From a virus (Duplodnaviria; Caudoviricetes): a stretch of DNA of 64,000 bases. A program made the position numbers and the translations under genes. Shown piece by piece: positions 8,313 to 16,976 of this stretch. How positions within the stretch are numbered: the first letter of the stretch is position 1; each line of letters opens with the position of its first letter. The notes beneath the pieces are model-generated. The model was not told the origin of the DNA, made no database searches, and was given only the letters and a program-made list of their open reading frames with translations. The DNA is taken from positions 1 through 64,000 of the IMG/VR virus record IMGVR_UViG_2818991472_000001; one strand, given 5' to 3'.

Positions 8313-11300
8313 TCATGAGATGGGCTGGACCAGGGCCTCGGCCAGAGAGAACGCGTCCACGCTCGGCGGCGCGGTCTCGCTGGTCCCCTCGACGACCGTG
8401 TGTGGGAGCACGGCCGCATCGGGCGGGGTGACGGTCGGCCAGATGCGGTCCCGCCACAGCCGGGAGGCTGCCCACCACCACTGGGGGATGGGCTCGTGCC
8501 ACGCCTGGAAGTACGGGTCCTGGTGGACCGGCGGGTAGTAGTCGGCCAGGGCGCTCGCGGCCCCGGCGGCCTGCAGGGTGTCCTGGTAGGGGATGGCCCC
8601 GGCCAGGCTCGCGTACCACGGCCGGATGACCACAGCGGAGACCGAGGTGCTCGGCGCGTAGCTGGTCACCCGCCACCGCAGCTGCGTGCCGCCGGTGAGG
8701 TCGTTGACCGGGAGGTCCGGGAAGACCAGGGCCCCGCGCGGGTCGTTGCGGATGTCCAGGACCGGGAACCAGTTCGCGCCGCCGTCCCTGCTGACCTCCC
8801 ACAGCAGCGGGTCGGCGAACAGGGCGAGGCTGTCCACCAGCCACTCCCCTGTGCCGCTCGCGCCGTCCTGGACGATCCGCGCCCGGACGTCGCGTACCCG
8901 CTCGACGTCGAAGTCCTGGGCCACGGTGTCCCAGGAGCCCAGAGCCTCCGCCTGGTCCCAGGTCGAGGCCATGCCCGTGATCACGTCCCAGGTCCTGATG
9001 CCGGTGGTCACCGTGTCGTGCATCGAGTAGTCGACGTACCACTCGGCCACCTGGCTGTCGGCCGGGGCGTCGGCCTCGGCCAGGATGCGCCCGTCGCCGT
9101 TGACCAGCTGCAGCGACACAGGTGTGGCGAGAGGCTTGGTGAAGACCACCCGAGCCGCCGCGAAGAGCCGACCGTGGGACGGCGGCTGCACCCCTCGTAC
9201 GGACTCGATGCCGCCGCTGGTGGACTCGACCTGGGACTGCTCCAGCTCGTTCCACTGCGGCCGGTTCGGGTCAGGGTTGGCATCCTCGATGGCGGCCCAC
9301 GACCGGAACCGGCTCTCCATCGCGTCCCATGACGACCCGGCGTGGCCCCGGGTGACCTGGACCGTCCGGCTCAAGCTGCTCTCGTAGACGTCCGAGGTGG
9401 TCAGCGTCGCGTCACCGACCGGGCGCCAGTGCCGAAGGGTCGGGTCGGAGAACTCCGGGTCGTCGAGCAGCTGGAGCGCGTCGCTCTGCGTCGTGGCGAT
9501 CTGGATGCCGAGCACCTTGCGTCGCGACACGTACGGGACCGACGTCACCCGGACTCCGGCCGTGCCTACGAGATCCGGTGTGACGAGGCCGCCTTCGGTG
9601 AAGACCCAGCTGTCCGGCTTCCCATCGGTGAATCCGTCCAGGTGAGAGGTGTCGTGGAGCAGCTCGACGTACTGCTCGGTGTCCTGCTGGGCGGCCGGGC
9701 TGGTTCGGAACGCCCGTACGCTCTTCACCGCCACGGTGTACGCCGTCTTGGCGTCCATCGTCAGCTCCACCACCCGGTACCTGTGGACCCCGGTGGCCAG
9801 CCACCGGGGAGCCTGGGTGCCGGGGAGCGGCATGAACCTCCACGGCTTCGCTGTACCGGAGCTGCGAAGGCGCTGGGCGTCCTGCGGGTCGACGGCGAAC
9901 AGGGCTTCGGTGGGCAGGTACGGCTGGCCGTCGTACGGCGACGTCGCGGTCCGCTGCGGCGAGTCCTGGAAGGCCACCCCGATACTCCTGGCCGGGCCCA
10001 GGCCCGGCGGGGAGGCCGTCGACGCCTGGTCCGACGCTCGTGCCGTCGTGGCGATGCCTCCGCCAGTGTCGCCCGGGAAGAGCTGCACCCGTACGACGGG
10101 CGACCCGGTCGGGTTGACCAGCATCGGCTGAAGGTTGGTGAATTCCAGCTTGAGGAAGCTGGCCTTCACCGGCCTGAAGGTGAACGCCTGCTTCTGCAGC
10201 TGGAAGTCGCCGTTGATCGGCGTCCACACCGTCGTGCTGTAGTCCACACCAGGGCCGCCGATGAGACCGAGCGGGCACACCGAGTCGTCCCCCGGCGTCA
10301 CCAGCGACCCATCGAAGCGCAGCAGGGCGTTCGCGCACGTGTGCGTCGATGCGTCGACCGCTCCGCCGGGTGTCATGCCGTAGCCGGTCGGATCGCCCCA
10401 GTAGGCGTCGATGGCGCCGATGTCCTGGGCGCGGCCCTGCGCCAGGAACAGCGACGTGATCCGAAGCATCCCCCCAGGGCCACCCGAAACCGGGCCGCCC
10501 AGCATCACTACCGGCCCCGAGGACGTCGGCCCCGATGATCCGATCGGCTGGATGCGGGTGCTCCAGGGAGTGCGCACCGTCAGGTTCTCGCCGTCGAAGG
10601 CGACGGCCCACGGCACGCGCGCGTTGAAGCCGAAGTCGATCGGATCGAGGGAGACCGTCAGCTGGCCGAGCGTGGCCGACACCGCCCCGCTGCTGACGCA
10701 GACGGCCAGGCCACCGGTGTCCAAGATCGTGTGCAGGGTGCCGGAGACGGACGTGAACTGCGGCTGAACGATCCCGGCGACCAGGAACGGCTTCGTGGTG
10801 TCGAACTGCAGCGCCGCTCCGTCGATGCGTACCGCATCGGCGGAGCCCGGCAGGTACAGCCCCTCCTTGCTCGCCTGAACTCCGTCATTAACTGCTCTGA
10901 CCTGCGGAAATCCGAGCGGTTCACTGATCGGCGCGAACCTGAAGACTCCCCAGTCCTTCACTGAATCAACCGGGGCGTAGTACAGGTTCACGGTCGGCCC
11001 GGAGGTCAGCGGATCGCACTCGATCCGGTCGATGACCTGCGGCTTGCCGTCAGCCGAGCGGACGTCGAGGTACAGGTTGACCACCGCGTTCGGCACCGGC
11101 TGCGGAGCACAGCGCCACACCCCTCCGTCACCAAGAACAGAGGCTGCACGGCTACGTCGCACCACGTAGTCGATCGCGGAACCCAGTAGGTCCTGGCCCT
11201 GGGCAATCGGAGTGGTGTGACTGGCATCGGTCATCGGCAGCCACGGCATGTCGCTCGGGGAGGCGAGCCGGTAGCTGAGTGAGACGTCCTTGACCCCGAG

Positions 11301-12539
11301 GGAGTAGGCCACCGGGCTGCCGTCGGTGCTCCTGGGCGCTCCCGAGGAAGGGATGCGGGCCATGATGAGCCGGAAGCGGTCAGCGACCACCGGGGAGACG
11401 TCGACCTCTTGCGCCATCCAGTGCTGGGCGCCGAAGTGTTGCGGGTGCAATCGGAGCGTGCTGGGTACGCCCGCAGGGATGACCTGGGGCTCGGAGTCGG
11501 CGATCGTGAGCTGGGCCGGAGCCCCGCCAGGCTGCGTCAGGGGCCGCCAGACACCGCCCTGGTCCCGGTACTGCAGCCAGACCCGCTGCGGGAAGTGCGC
11601 GAGAGAGAAGGCCAGCCGGTTGACCCGCCGAGCAGTCGACAGGGAGACCTCGTACACCTCGCGCAGCGGGTCGCCGTTGGGGCGCGGCGGCGACGACCAG
11701 AACCGCTCGCCAGCGGTGGTTCCGCCGCCGGTGCCCCGGCGGGCCAGCCGGATCGCCTCGGACACGGCCTCCAGCGGCATGCCGTCGATGAACAGCGGCG
11801 ACAACGCGGCGACCCCGAAGTCACCGGGGAGCTGACCTGCTGCTGGGCCGCGTCGGTTCACCGCCAGCGCGACGGCGCTGACATCCCGCGCATGCTTCGG
11901 CTCGTCGAGTCCCGCCAGGGCCGCCTGGACGGCGGCCACGTACGTGGTGAAGACCGGGGTGCGTGTAGCTGGGCCCCGGTTGGCCCGGGTCAGGTCGCCG
12001 CCGGTGAAGAACGCCTGCCTCTGGGCCAAGGTCAGCTCGACCTGGACGCCCTTGCCCTGCGCGTTGAGGTTGGTGATGTTCGCGGGGTCGGCGCCATCAG
12101 CTTCGGCCGGGCTGCCTGCCGTGACCACAGTGAATCCGGCGGTCCTCAGACTGTCGGTGATCTTCTGGGCGAGAACGGTGTCCAGACCGCTGACGTACGT
12201 GATGGCGTCCGACCCGGCGGAGCCGTGCCAGGAGACGGTGTAGTCCGACCTGGCTACCAGTGCACGAGCGATCGGCTCGTCGAACCGGGGGCCGCCGAGG
12301 AAGAGCACGTTGTTGCCGGTCGGGCGCATGCCGTCGAAGGCGTAGTACAGGTGATCGGCAGCCGTGTCCGTCGACGACAGGACGTCGGCGATCTCCCCGG
12401 TGCCGGGCTCGATGTCGCCCGCGTGGATCGCGATGTGCGCCAGGCGGGAGCCGGACGGGACGCGGGAGAGGATCTGGTAGTCGATGCCGATGCGCTGGGC
12501 TGCGGCCAGCGCGGCGTAGTTCGCGTAGGTGTCCGCCAT
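8313..12539 (-). CDS. large baseplate/tail protein with N-terminal poly-gamma-glutamate hydrolase (PghP-family) domain
   Basis: DTYANYAALAA..GIDYQI, IAIHAGDIEPGTGEIA, FDEP, SWHG, NITN..GVQVEL motifs in first ~210 aa; remainder is a Trp-rich structural protein in baseplate context. Confidence 0.8.
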   Translation of the reverse strand: MADTYANYAALAAAQRIGIDYQILSRVPSGSRLAHIAIHAGDIEPGTGEIADVLSSTDTAADHLYYAFDGMRPTGNNVLFLGGPRFDEPIARALVARSDYTVSWHGSAGSDAITYVSGLDTVLAQKITDSLRTAGFTVVTAGSPAEADGADPANITNLNAQGKGVQVELTLAQRQAFFTGGDLTRANRGPATRTPVFTTYVAAVQAALAGLDEPKHARDVSAVALAVNRRGPAAGQLPGDFGVAALSPLFIDGMPLEAVSEAIRLARRGTGGGTTAGERFWSSPPRPNGDPLREVYEVSLSTARRVNRLAFSLAHFPQRVWLQYRDQGGVWRPLTQPGGAPAQLTIADSEPQVIPAGVPSTLRLHPQHFGAQHWMAQEVDVSPVVADRFRLIMARIPSSGAPRSTDGSPVAYSLGVKDVSLSYRLASPSDMPWLPMTDASHTTPIAQGQDLLGSAIDYVVRRSRAASVLGDGGVWRCAPQPVPNAVVNLYLDVRSADGKPQVIDRIECDPLTSGPTVNLYYAPVDSVKDWGVFRFAPISEPLGFPQVRAVNDGVQASKEGLYLPGSADAVRIDGAALQFDTTKPFLVAGIVQPQFTSVSGTLHTILDTGGLAVCVSSGAVSATLGQLTVSLDPIDFGFNARVPWAVAFDGENLTVRTPWSTRIQPIGSSGPTSSGPVVMLGGPVSGGPGGMLRITSLFLAQGRAQDIGAIDAYWGDPTGYGMTPGGAVDASTHTCANALLRFDGSLVTPGDDSVCPLGLIGGPGVDYSTTVWTPINGDFQLQKQAFTFRPVKASFLKLEFTNLQPMLVNPTGSPVVRVQLFPGDTGGGIATTARASDQASTASPPGLGPARSIGVAFQDSPQRTATSPYDGQPYLPTEALFAVDPQDAQRLRSSGTAKPWRFMPLPGTQAPRWLATGVHRYRVVELTMDAKTAYTVAVKSVRAFRTSPAAQQDTEQYVELLHDTSHLDGFTDGKPDSWVFTEGGLVTPDLVGTAGVRVTSVPYVSRRKVLGIQIATTQSDALQLLDDPEFSDPTLRHWRPVGDATLTTSDVYESSLSRTVQVTRGHAGSSWDAMESRFRSWAAIEDANPDPNRPQWNELEQSQVESTSGGIESVRGVQPPSHGRLFAAARVVFTKPLATPVSLQLVNGDGRILAEADAPADSQVAEWYVDYSMHDTVTTGIRTWDVITGMASTWDQAEALGSWDTVAQDFDVERVRDVRARIVQDGASGTGEWLVDSLALFADPLLWEVSRDGGANWFPVLDIRNDPRGALVFPDLPVNDLTGGTQLRWRVTSYAPSTSVSAVVIRPWYASLAGAIPYQDTLQAAGAASALADYYPPVHQDPYFQAWHEPIPQWWWAASRLWRDRIWPTVTPPDAAVLPHTVVEGTSETAPPSVDAFSLAEALVQPIS

Positions 12540-12550
12540 CGTGGCCTCTC

Positions 12551-13867
12551 TCAGTCGTGCGTCGGGACGACGCGGCGGTCACCGCTGTACGGGTGGGCCA
12601 CCAGGACCCCTTCGGAGGCAGCCCTGGCAGCGAGCAGCTGAGTCGGGTCCAGGAGGCCGCGCACGGCCGCGTAGACGCTCTGGCTGCCGTCCATCCACAC
12701 GACGGTCTGGTCCAGCCCGGGGGCCTCGCTGTCGGGTATCGAGCCGGGAGCCCCCCAGGCGGGCTCGTCGGGCAGGTAGCCGTACGAACGGGCGGACGGC
12801 ACGTGGGCGCCGTACGACCACTCGTCGCCCAGCCGTGTTGCCAGCGGGGGCACCGGCACGACGCGCGGTGCCGTATCGGACAGCCCGGCCGCCTGCTGGG
12901 CCGCTGACAGCGGGTAGAGGGGGGTCGACGTCGGGAGCTGGCTCGGTGTCACCTGGTAGGCCACCTGCCAGTGCTCGCTGTCGCTGCTCGCCGAGGCCAC
13001 ATGGACCTCGCTCTGCACCGTCAGCCCCTGAGCGTCGACCGTCAGCAGCACGGAGGCGGGCTTCAGCTTGCCCAGGACCTTGGTCAGCGCCCACTCGTCG
13101 TCCTGCTGGCGTCGCCGCCCCTCGTCGGTGAAGGGGTAGTCCTGCTGGATTCGGACCAGGACCTCGGCGCGAGTGCCGACCCCCGAGCGGCCGGTGAACG
13201 GCAGGCCCTCCATCGCGGACCACAGCTGCCCGTCGGCCTGCGTCCAGGTCGGCAGTGTCGCCTCCAGGTGGTCCCAGCTGTTGCCGATCTGGCCGCCCGC
13301 CGCCGCTTCCAGGAGGGCCCAGCTCTCGAAGACCTCCACCGGTGCGCCGATGACTGCCTCGGCGGCGGCCTTCAGCCCCGGCAGCGTGCCGCCCAAGCTC
13401 ACGGCACGGGCCAGCGCCGTCATCCGGTCCCGGTAGGAGGCGTCGGCAGCCTCCATCTCCTCCCACTCATCGGGGGTGGCGGTTGCCGTGTCGAGCGCGT
13501 TGACGGCCAGCTGCTCGTCGCTGGTCCGGTCGGCGTTGAAGATGGCGCCGTAGAAGCGGTCGAGGTCGTAGAAGCGGGCGCCCTGTGCCGACACGGCACC
13601 CCACTGCGCGAGCAGCAGCCGCTTGCGCAGCTGCCCCACGCCCGACTCCCCCAGCAGGGCCTGCATCAACCGCATGAGGTGGCTCGTCGGCCGGAGGTCG
13701 TAGAGGTCGGGAAAGTGGGAGAGCTGCGAGGCGAGCGTGGTGTCGGTGACGAGCATGCTCGTCCCGGACGCCAGCGCGGTCGGCTGCGGAGCTGTCACGT
13801 CCAGCTGGAGCGGGACCAGGGTGCTGCTGGCGGCGGCGTACGGCGCGCCGCCCTGGTTCGCGGGCAT
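12551..13867 (-). CDS. baseplate wedge subunit (gpI/gp7-like)
   Basis: True start is ATG13867 overlapping the stop of baseplate J (TGATG); DLDRFYG, YRDRM..GGTLPGL and LKPA motifs. Confidence 0.65.
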   Translation of the reverse strand: MPANQGGAPYAAASSTLVPLQLDVTAPQPTALASGTSMLVTDTTLASQLSHFPDLYDLRPTSHLMRLMQALLGESGVGQLRKRLLLAQWGAVSAQGARFYDLDRFYGAIFNADRTSDEQLAVNALDTATATPDEWEEMEAADASYRDRMTALARAVSLGGTLPGLKAAAEAVIGAPVEVFESWALLEAAAGGQIGNSWDHLEATLPTWTQADGQLWSAMEGLPFTGRSGVGTRAEVLVRIQQDYPFTDEGRRRQQDDEWALTKVLGKLKPASVLLTVDAQGLTVQSEVHVASASSDSEHWQVAYQVTPSQLPTSTPLYPLSAAQQAAGLSDTAPRVVPVPPLATRLGDEWSYGAHVPSARSYGYLPDEPAWGAPGSIPDSEAPGLDQTVVWMDGSQSVYAAVRGLLDPTQLLAARAASEGVLVAHPYSGDRRVVPTHD

Positions 13868-15768
13868 CACGCCACCCCGAAGGAGTTGCGGGCCAGGTTC
13901 TTGAAGACGACGGCGCCCAGGACCGGCAGCTCGTTGTCCTCGAAGTAGGCGTCCGACGCGCGGCCGGTCGCCAGGTCGACGTAGGACACCAGCGCGGGGC
14001 CCAGCGGGCCGGTGCCCAGCGGGTACCAGGTGCTGCTGCCGGAGGCGCCGTTGCTCACCGAGGCGAGGGGGCTGATCTGCTGGATGCCCACGACGCTGGC
14101 GTTCGGATTGGCCGGGGAGTAGCCGCTGACGTCGCCGCCGTTCAGGAACCGCACGTTGTCCACGCCGGGGACCTGGTGGGCCACCGCGAGGACGTCGGAG
14201 ACCTGGACGGTGGAGGCGAACACCATGCGGTTGAGGTAGTCCGACAGCGCGGTGCGGACCGCATTCTGCACCGTTGTGGCGGAGGCGCCGGAGTCGACGA
14301 CCAGGCCCATGGCGAAGCGGAGCCAGCGCTGCTTCGCCTGGTGGACCTTGACGTCGCTGCCGACCAGGCGCCAGCGGTTGATGGCGTCCTGGACGCTGGA
14401 GGGAATCTCGTTGAAGGCGTAGTTGCTGCTTGCCCCAACGAGGAACGGCGTGCCGTTGACCGGCAGGTAGGAGGCATGCCATTCGAGGCCGAACCGGCTG
14501 GTCGGGGTCCAGCCGTCCGCCGTGTCCTCGTGCACCACGGTGTAGGCGTAGGTGACGCCGCCCGAAACCGTGCCGAGCGGGTGGTCCCGGGTGGCCAGGC
14601 CGTAGATGGCGCTCCCGACGGTGAGGGTCGACGGCACGGTGAGGATGGGGCCGAAGGCGAGCGGGATGAAGATGTTGCCGGGGTCGGGCTGGGACTGGTC
14701 GGCCCGCAGCCACACGCCCCGGTAGAGGTCGTTGGCGGGCAGGTTCTGGAACGCCTTGGCGTTGGAGAAGATGACGCTCTGCTGTGCGACCTGGGCTCGG
14801 ACACCGCCGCAGAACACATCGACCCGGTTGGTCACCCCGGTGGTCGGGGAGTTCCGGGACACGAGCGGGAGGTACTGGTAGTCCACGGTGATCAGCTCGC
14901 CCGGCTGAGGGAATGCAGGGGACAGCTGCCGGATGGCTGGCGGGATCGACGGAATCCAGGTGTAGTCGTAGTCCCGGACCAGGGCCGTGCCGTCGGACCT
15001 GGCGACGCGGACCGGAGCCGCGTACACGTACGCGGCGTTCTGGATCTGCGCGACGGTGTCGCCGCTGCTGGGGATCTGGAGGATCTCCGTGCGGGACTTG
15101 GAGGCGCCGATGACGTTCGCCGCGTAGCAGTCGGGGTCGTCCAGCGCGATGCCGGTGAACATGCTCTCGGTCCCGGCCAGGCTCCGGAAGACGGTCCGCT
15201 TCCAGCGCGTGCGCAGCTCCGAGTCGGTCTCCCGGCTGGTGCCACCGGTCATTGCGGTTGGGTTGACGACGGTGCTGACGCCTTGGACGGGGCTCGCCAG
15301 GGTGTCCAGGGCCCCGGCCGCGACGTTGCCCGCTGCGCCTGCGGTGCTGGCCTGGACGGCGACGGAGGCACTGGCGACTCCCGGCAGCAGGATGCCGCCG
15401 GTGACGGTCTGGACGACCTGCGAGGGGTCGGAGGCGGCATTGATCTCGACGCCGACCGGGATGTAGACCGTGGAGTTGAGGTCCTGGCTGCGGGAGAAGG
15501 TGACGGTGCCGACGGCACGGCGGGCCGGGATTCGGCTGATCCCGAAGAGCTGGCAGAAGGAGTCCAAGTCGGCGTCGACCTTGGCGTCTACGTCGTAGGC
15601 GTAGCTCAGCAGGTGGTTCTCGACGTAGGCGTCTGCAACGGACGCAGCCACGGCGTCGAGGATCTTCCGGGCGACGGACCCGACGCCGGTGTCCAGCTCG
15701 GGGTCGGAGATTCGCAGTGCCTCGCGCATCTGCGAGACGATGTCGTTCTGGGATGTGGCCACCTTCAC
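13867..15768 (-). CDS. baseplate J / gp47 family protein
   Basis: GSVARKILDAVA, DLDSF..FGISRIPARRAVGTVTF, GAAGNVAAGAL, MTGGTSRETDSELRTR motifs. Confidence 0.9.
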   Translation of the reverse strand: MKVATSQNDIVSQMREALRISDPELDTGVGSVARKILDAVAASVADAYVENHLLSYAYDVDAKVDADLDSFCQLFGISRIPARRAVGTVTFSRSQDLNSTVYIPVGVEINAASDPSQVVQTVTGGILLPGVASASVAVQASTAGAAGNVAAGALDTLASPVQGVSTVVNPTAMTGGTSRETDSELRTRWKRTVFRSLAGTESMFTGIALDDPDCYAANVIGASKSRTEILQIPSSGDTVAQIQNAAYVYAAPVRVARSDGTALVRDYDYTWIPSIPPAIRQLSPAFPQPGELITVDYQYLPLVSRNSPTTGVTNRVDVFCGGVRAQVAQQSVIFSNAKAFQNLPANDLYRGVWLRADQSQPDPGNIFIPLAFGPILTVPSTLTVGSAIYGLATRDHPLGTVSGGVTYAYTVVHEDTADGWTPTSRFGLEWHASYLPVNGTPFLVGASSNYAFNEIPSSVQDAINRWRLVGSDVKVHQAKQRWLRFAMGLVVDSGASATTVQNAVRTALSDYLNRMVFASTVQVSDVLAVAHQVPGVDNVRFLNGGDVSGYSPANPNASVVGIQQISPLASVSNGASGSSTWYPLGTGPLGPALVSYVDLATGRASDAYFEDNELPVLGAVVFKNLARNSFGVA

Positions 15769-15850
15769 TCCTCCCTGGCCGAGGTCGTACCGAAGTTGAG
15801 AAAGCCCTGGTCAGAGCGGTGAATTTCAGTGATGTGGGCAGGTGAATGGT

Positions 15851-16279
15851 TCACAGGTTCACCGTCCGGGCGATCTTCACCATGGCTCCGGCGCGGGTCT
15901 TCAGCTCCACGGCCACCACCACGGTGTCGAAGGACGGGATGGTGGTGATCGAGACGATCTGGCTGACCACGTCGCCGTAGTCGTACCGGGAGCGAGCGCC
16001 CGACAGGGCGTCTGTGGCGAGATCAGCGGCCTGGCCGTCGACGTACTGCTGCAGCACCCGGACGACCTCGGAGCGCACCAGCAGCTCCAACTCGGCGTCG
16101 AGGGGCTGGCCGATGTACGAGCTGAGAACCGATCCCCAGGTGGGGTGGTACTGGTCGTTGCCGTACGGTTCGGCCAGGGCGAGCGCCAGGTCCTGGCGGA
16201 TGCGAGACGCGCCGGTGAGCATGCCGTATCCGCCCTCCCCCACGATGAGATCCCCGCCTGACAGGGCCAGTCCTTTCAC
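15851..16279 (-). CDS. baseplate wedge initiator (gp25/GpW-like)
   Basis: IRQDL..AL.EPYG...YHPTWGS motif; position next to baseplate J. Confidence 0.8.
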   Translation of the reverse strand: MKGLALSGGDLIVGEGGYGMLTGASRIRQDLALALAEPYGNDQYHPTWGSVLSSYIGQPLDAELELLVRSEVVRVLQQYVDGQAADLATDALSGARSRYDYGDVVSQIVSITTIPSFDTVVVAVELKTRAGAMVKIARTVNL

Positions 16280-16292
16280 CAGCCACCTCCCT

Positions 16293-16327
16293 CACCCCTT
16301 GACCGGTCACCAGCCCCTGGCAGACAG
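16293..16327 (-). promoter_or_regulatory. bipartite late motif
   Basis: CACCCCTT-N22-GACAG. Confidence 0.7.
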
Positions 16328-16969
16328 CCTCAGATCGCTCATGTCGTGGGTGGCGCCGCTCGGGGTGGTCCCCGGGGGGATGTAGGTGTACCAGTGCGGG
16401 GTGATCGTCGTGTCCCCCGGAGCCAAGCCGCTGATCACTCCGAACATGCTGCGCTGCATGCCGTCCTTGGCGGCCACCGCGAGCTGCCAGTCGCCCGCAG
16501 CGGCAGCGGCCGTGGACGCCCCGGTCAGGCCCACGGCGATGCGGAGGGTTCCGGCCGCTGCCCCGATGACCCCGTAGATGGACAGCTCGACCTGACCGAG
16601 CGGGCCGACCAGGACCGTCACCGGCTGCCAGACAGACGCGGGGAACGGAGTCCAGGTCTGCTGTGGGTACGTGCCCGGCACGTAGCTGCCGGGCGCCTGC
16701 CGCGACTGCCCCCACGGCTGAGGGGGCCACGGGTCAGCTGGGAAGGCCGCGTCCACCAGCGCCGCCAGCGTCCACGTGCCCATCGACCGGTCGATGAGCC
16801 AGGTCTGCCCGAGCATCGGCCGGACCACGGTCCGGCGGATCGACAGCGCGACCTCGATGTACTGGCCCTGCGGGTCGACGCACAAGGCCATCCCCTTGGC
16901 CTCGTCGATCTGCCTGATCTGTACCTGCTTCAAGCTGAAGCCGACGCCCTTCACCACTGAATTCACCAC
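16307..16969 (-). CDS. baseplate spike/central protein (putative)
   Basis: N-terminal OB-like segment (RP..GQTWLIDR); between hub and gp25; GTG16969 with GAGGGG RBS. Confidence 0.5.
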   Translation of the reverse strand: MVNSVVKGVGFSLKQVQIRQIDEAKGMALCVDPQGQYIEVALSIRRTVVRPMLGQTWLIDRSMGTWTLAALVDAAFPADPWPPQPWGQSRQAPGSYVPGTYPQQTWTPFPASVWQPVTVLVGPLGQVELSIYGVIGAAAGTLRIAVGLTGASTAAAAAGDWQLAVAAKDGMQRSMFGVISGLAPGDTTITPHWYTYIPPGTTPSGATHDMSDLRLSARGW

Positions 16970-16976
16970 AGCCCCC

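Noticed and set aside
12551-14713. Overextended ORF calls (12551..14713, 23825..25096, 32479..34500, 44177..45292, 56262..57545, 57603..59105, 58910..61435)
   Set aside because: 5' parts overlap better-supported genes; internal starts with RBS or translational coupling were used instead
16293-16300. AAGGGGTG as merely a Shine-Dalgarno
   Set aside because: Distance to start codons varies from 13 to 85 nt, separate SDs exist, and it is tied to CTGTY at fixed spacing. The copies at 49643 and 53596 lack the partner box and are treated as RBS-like only
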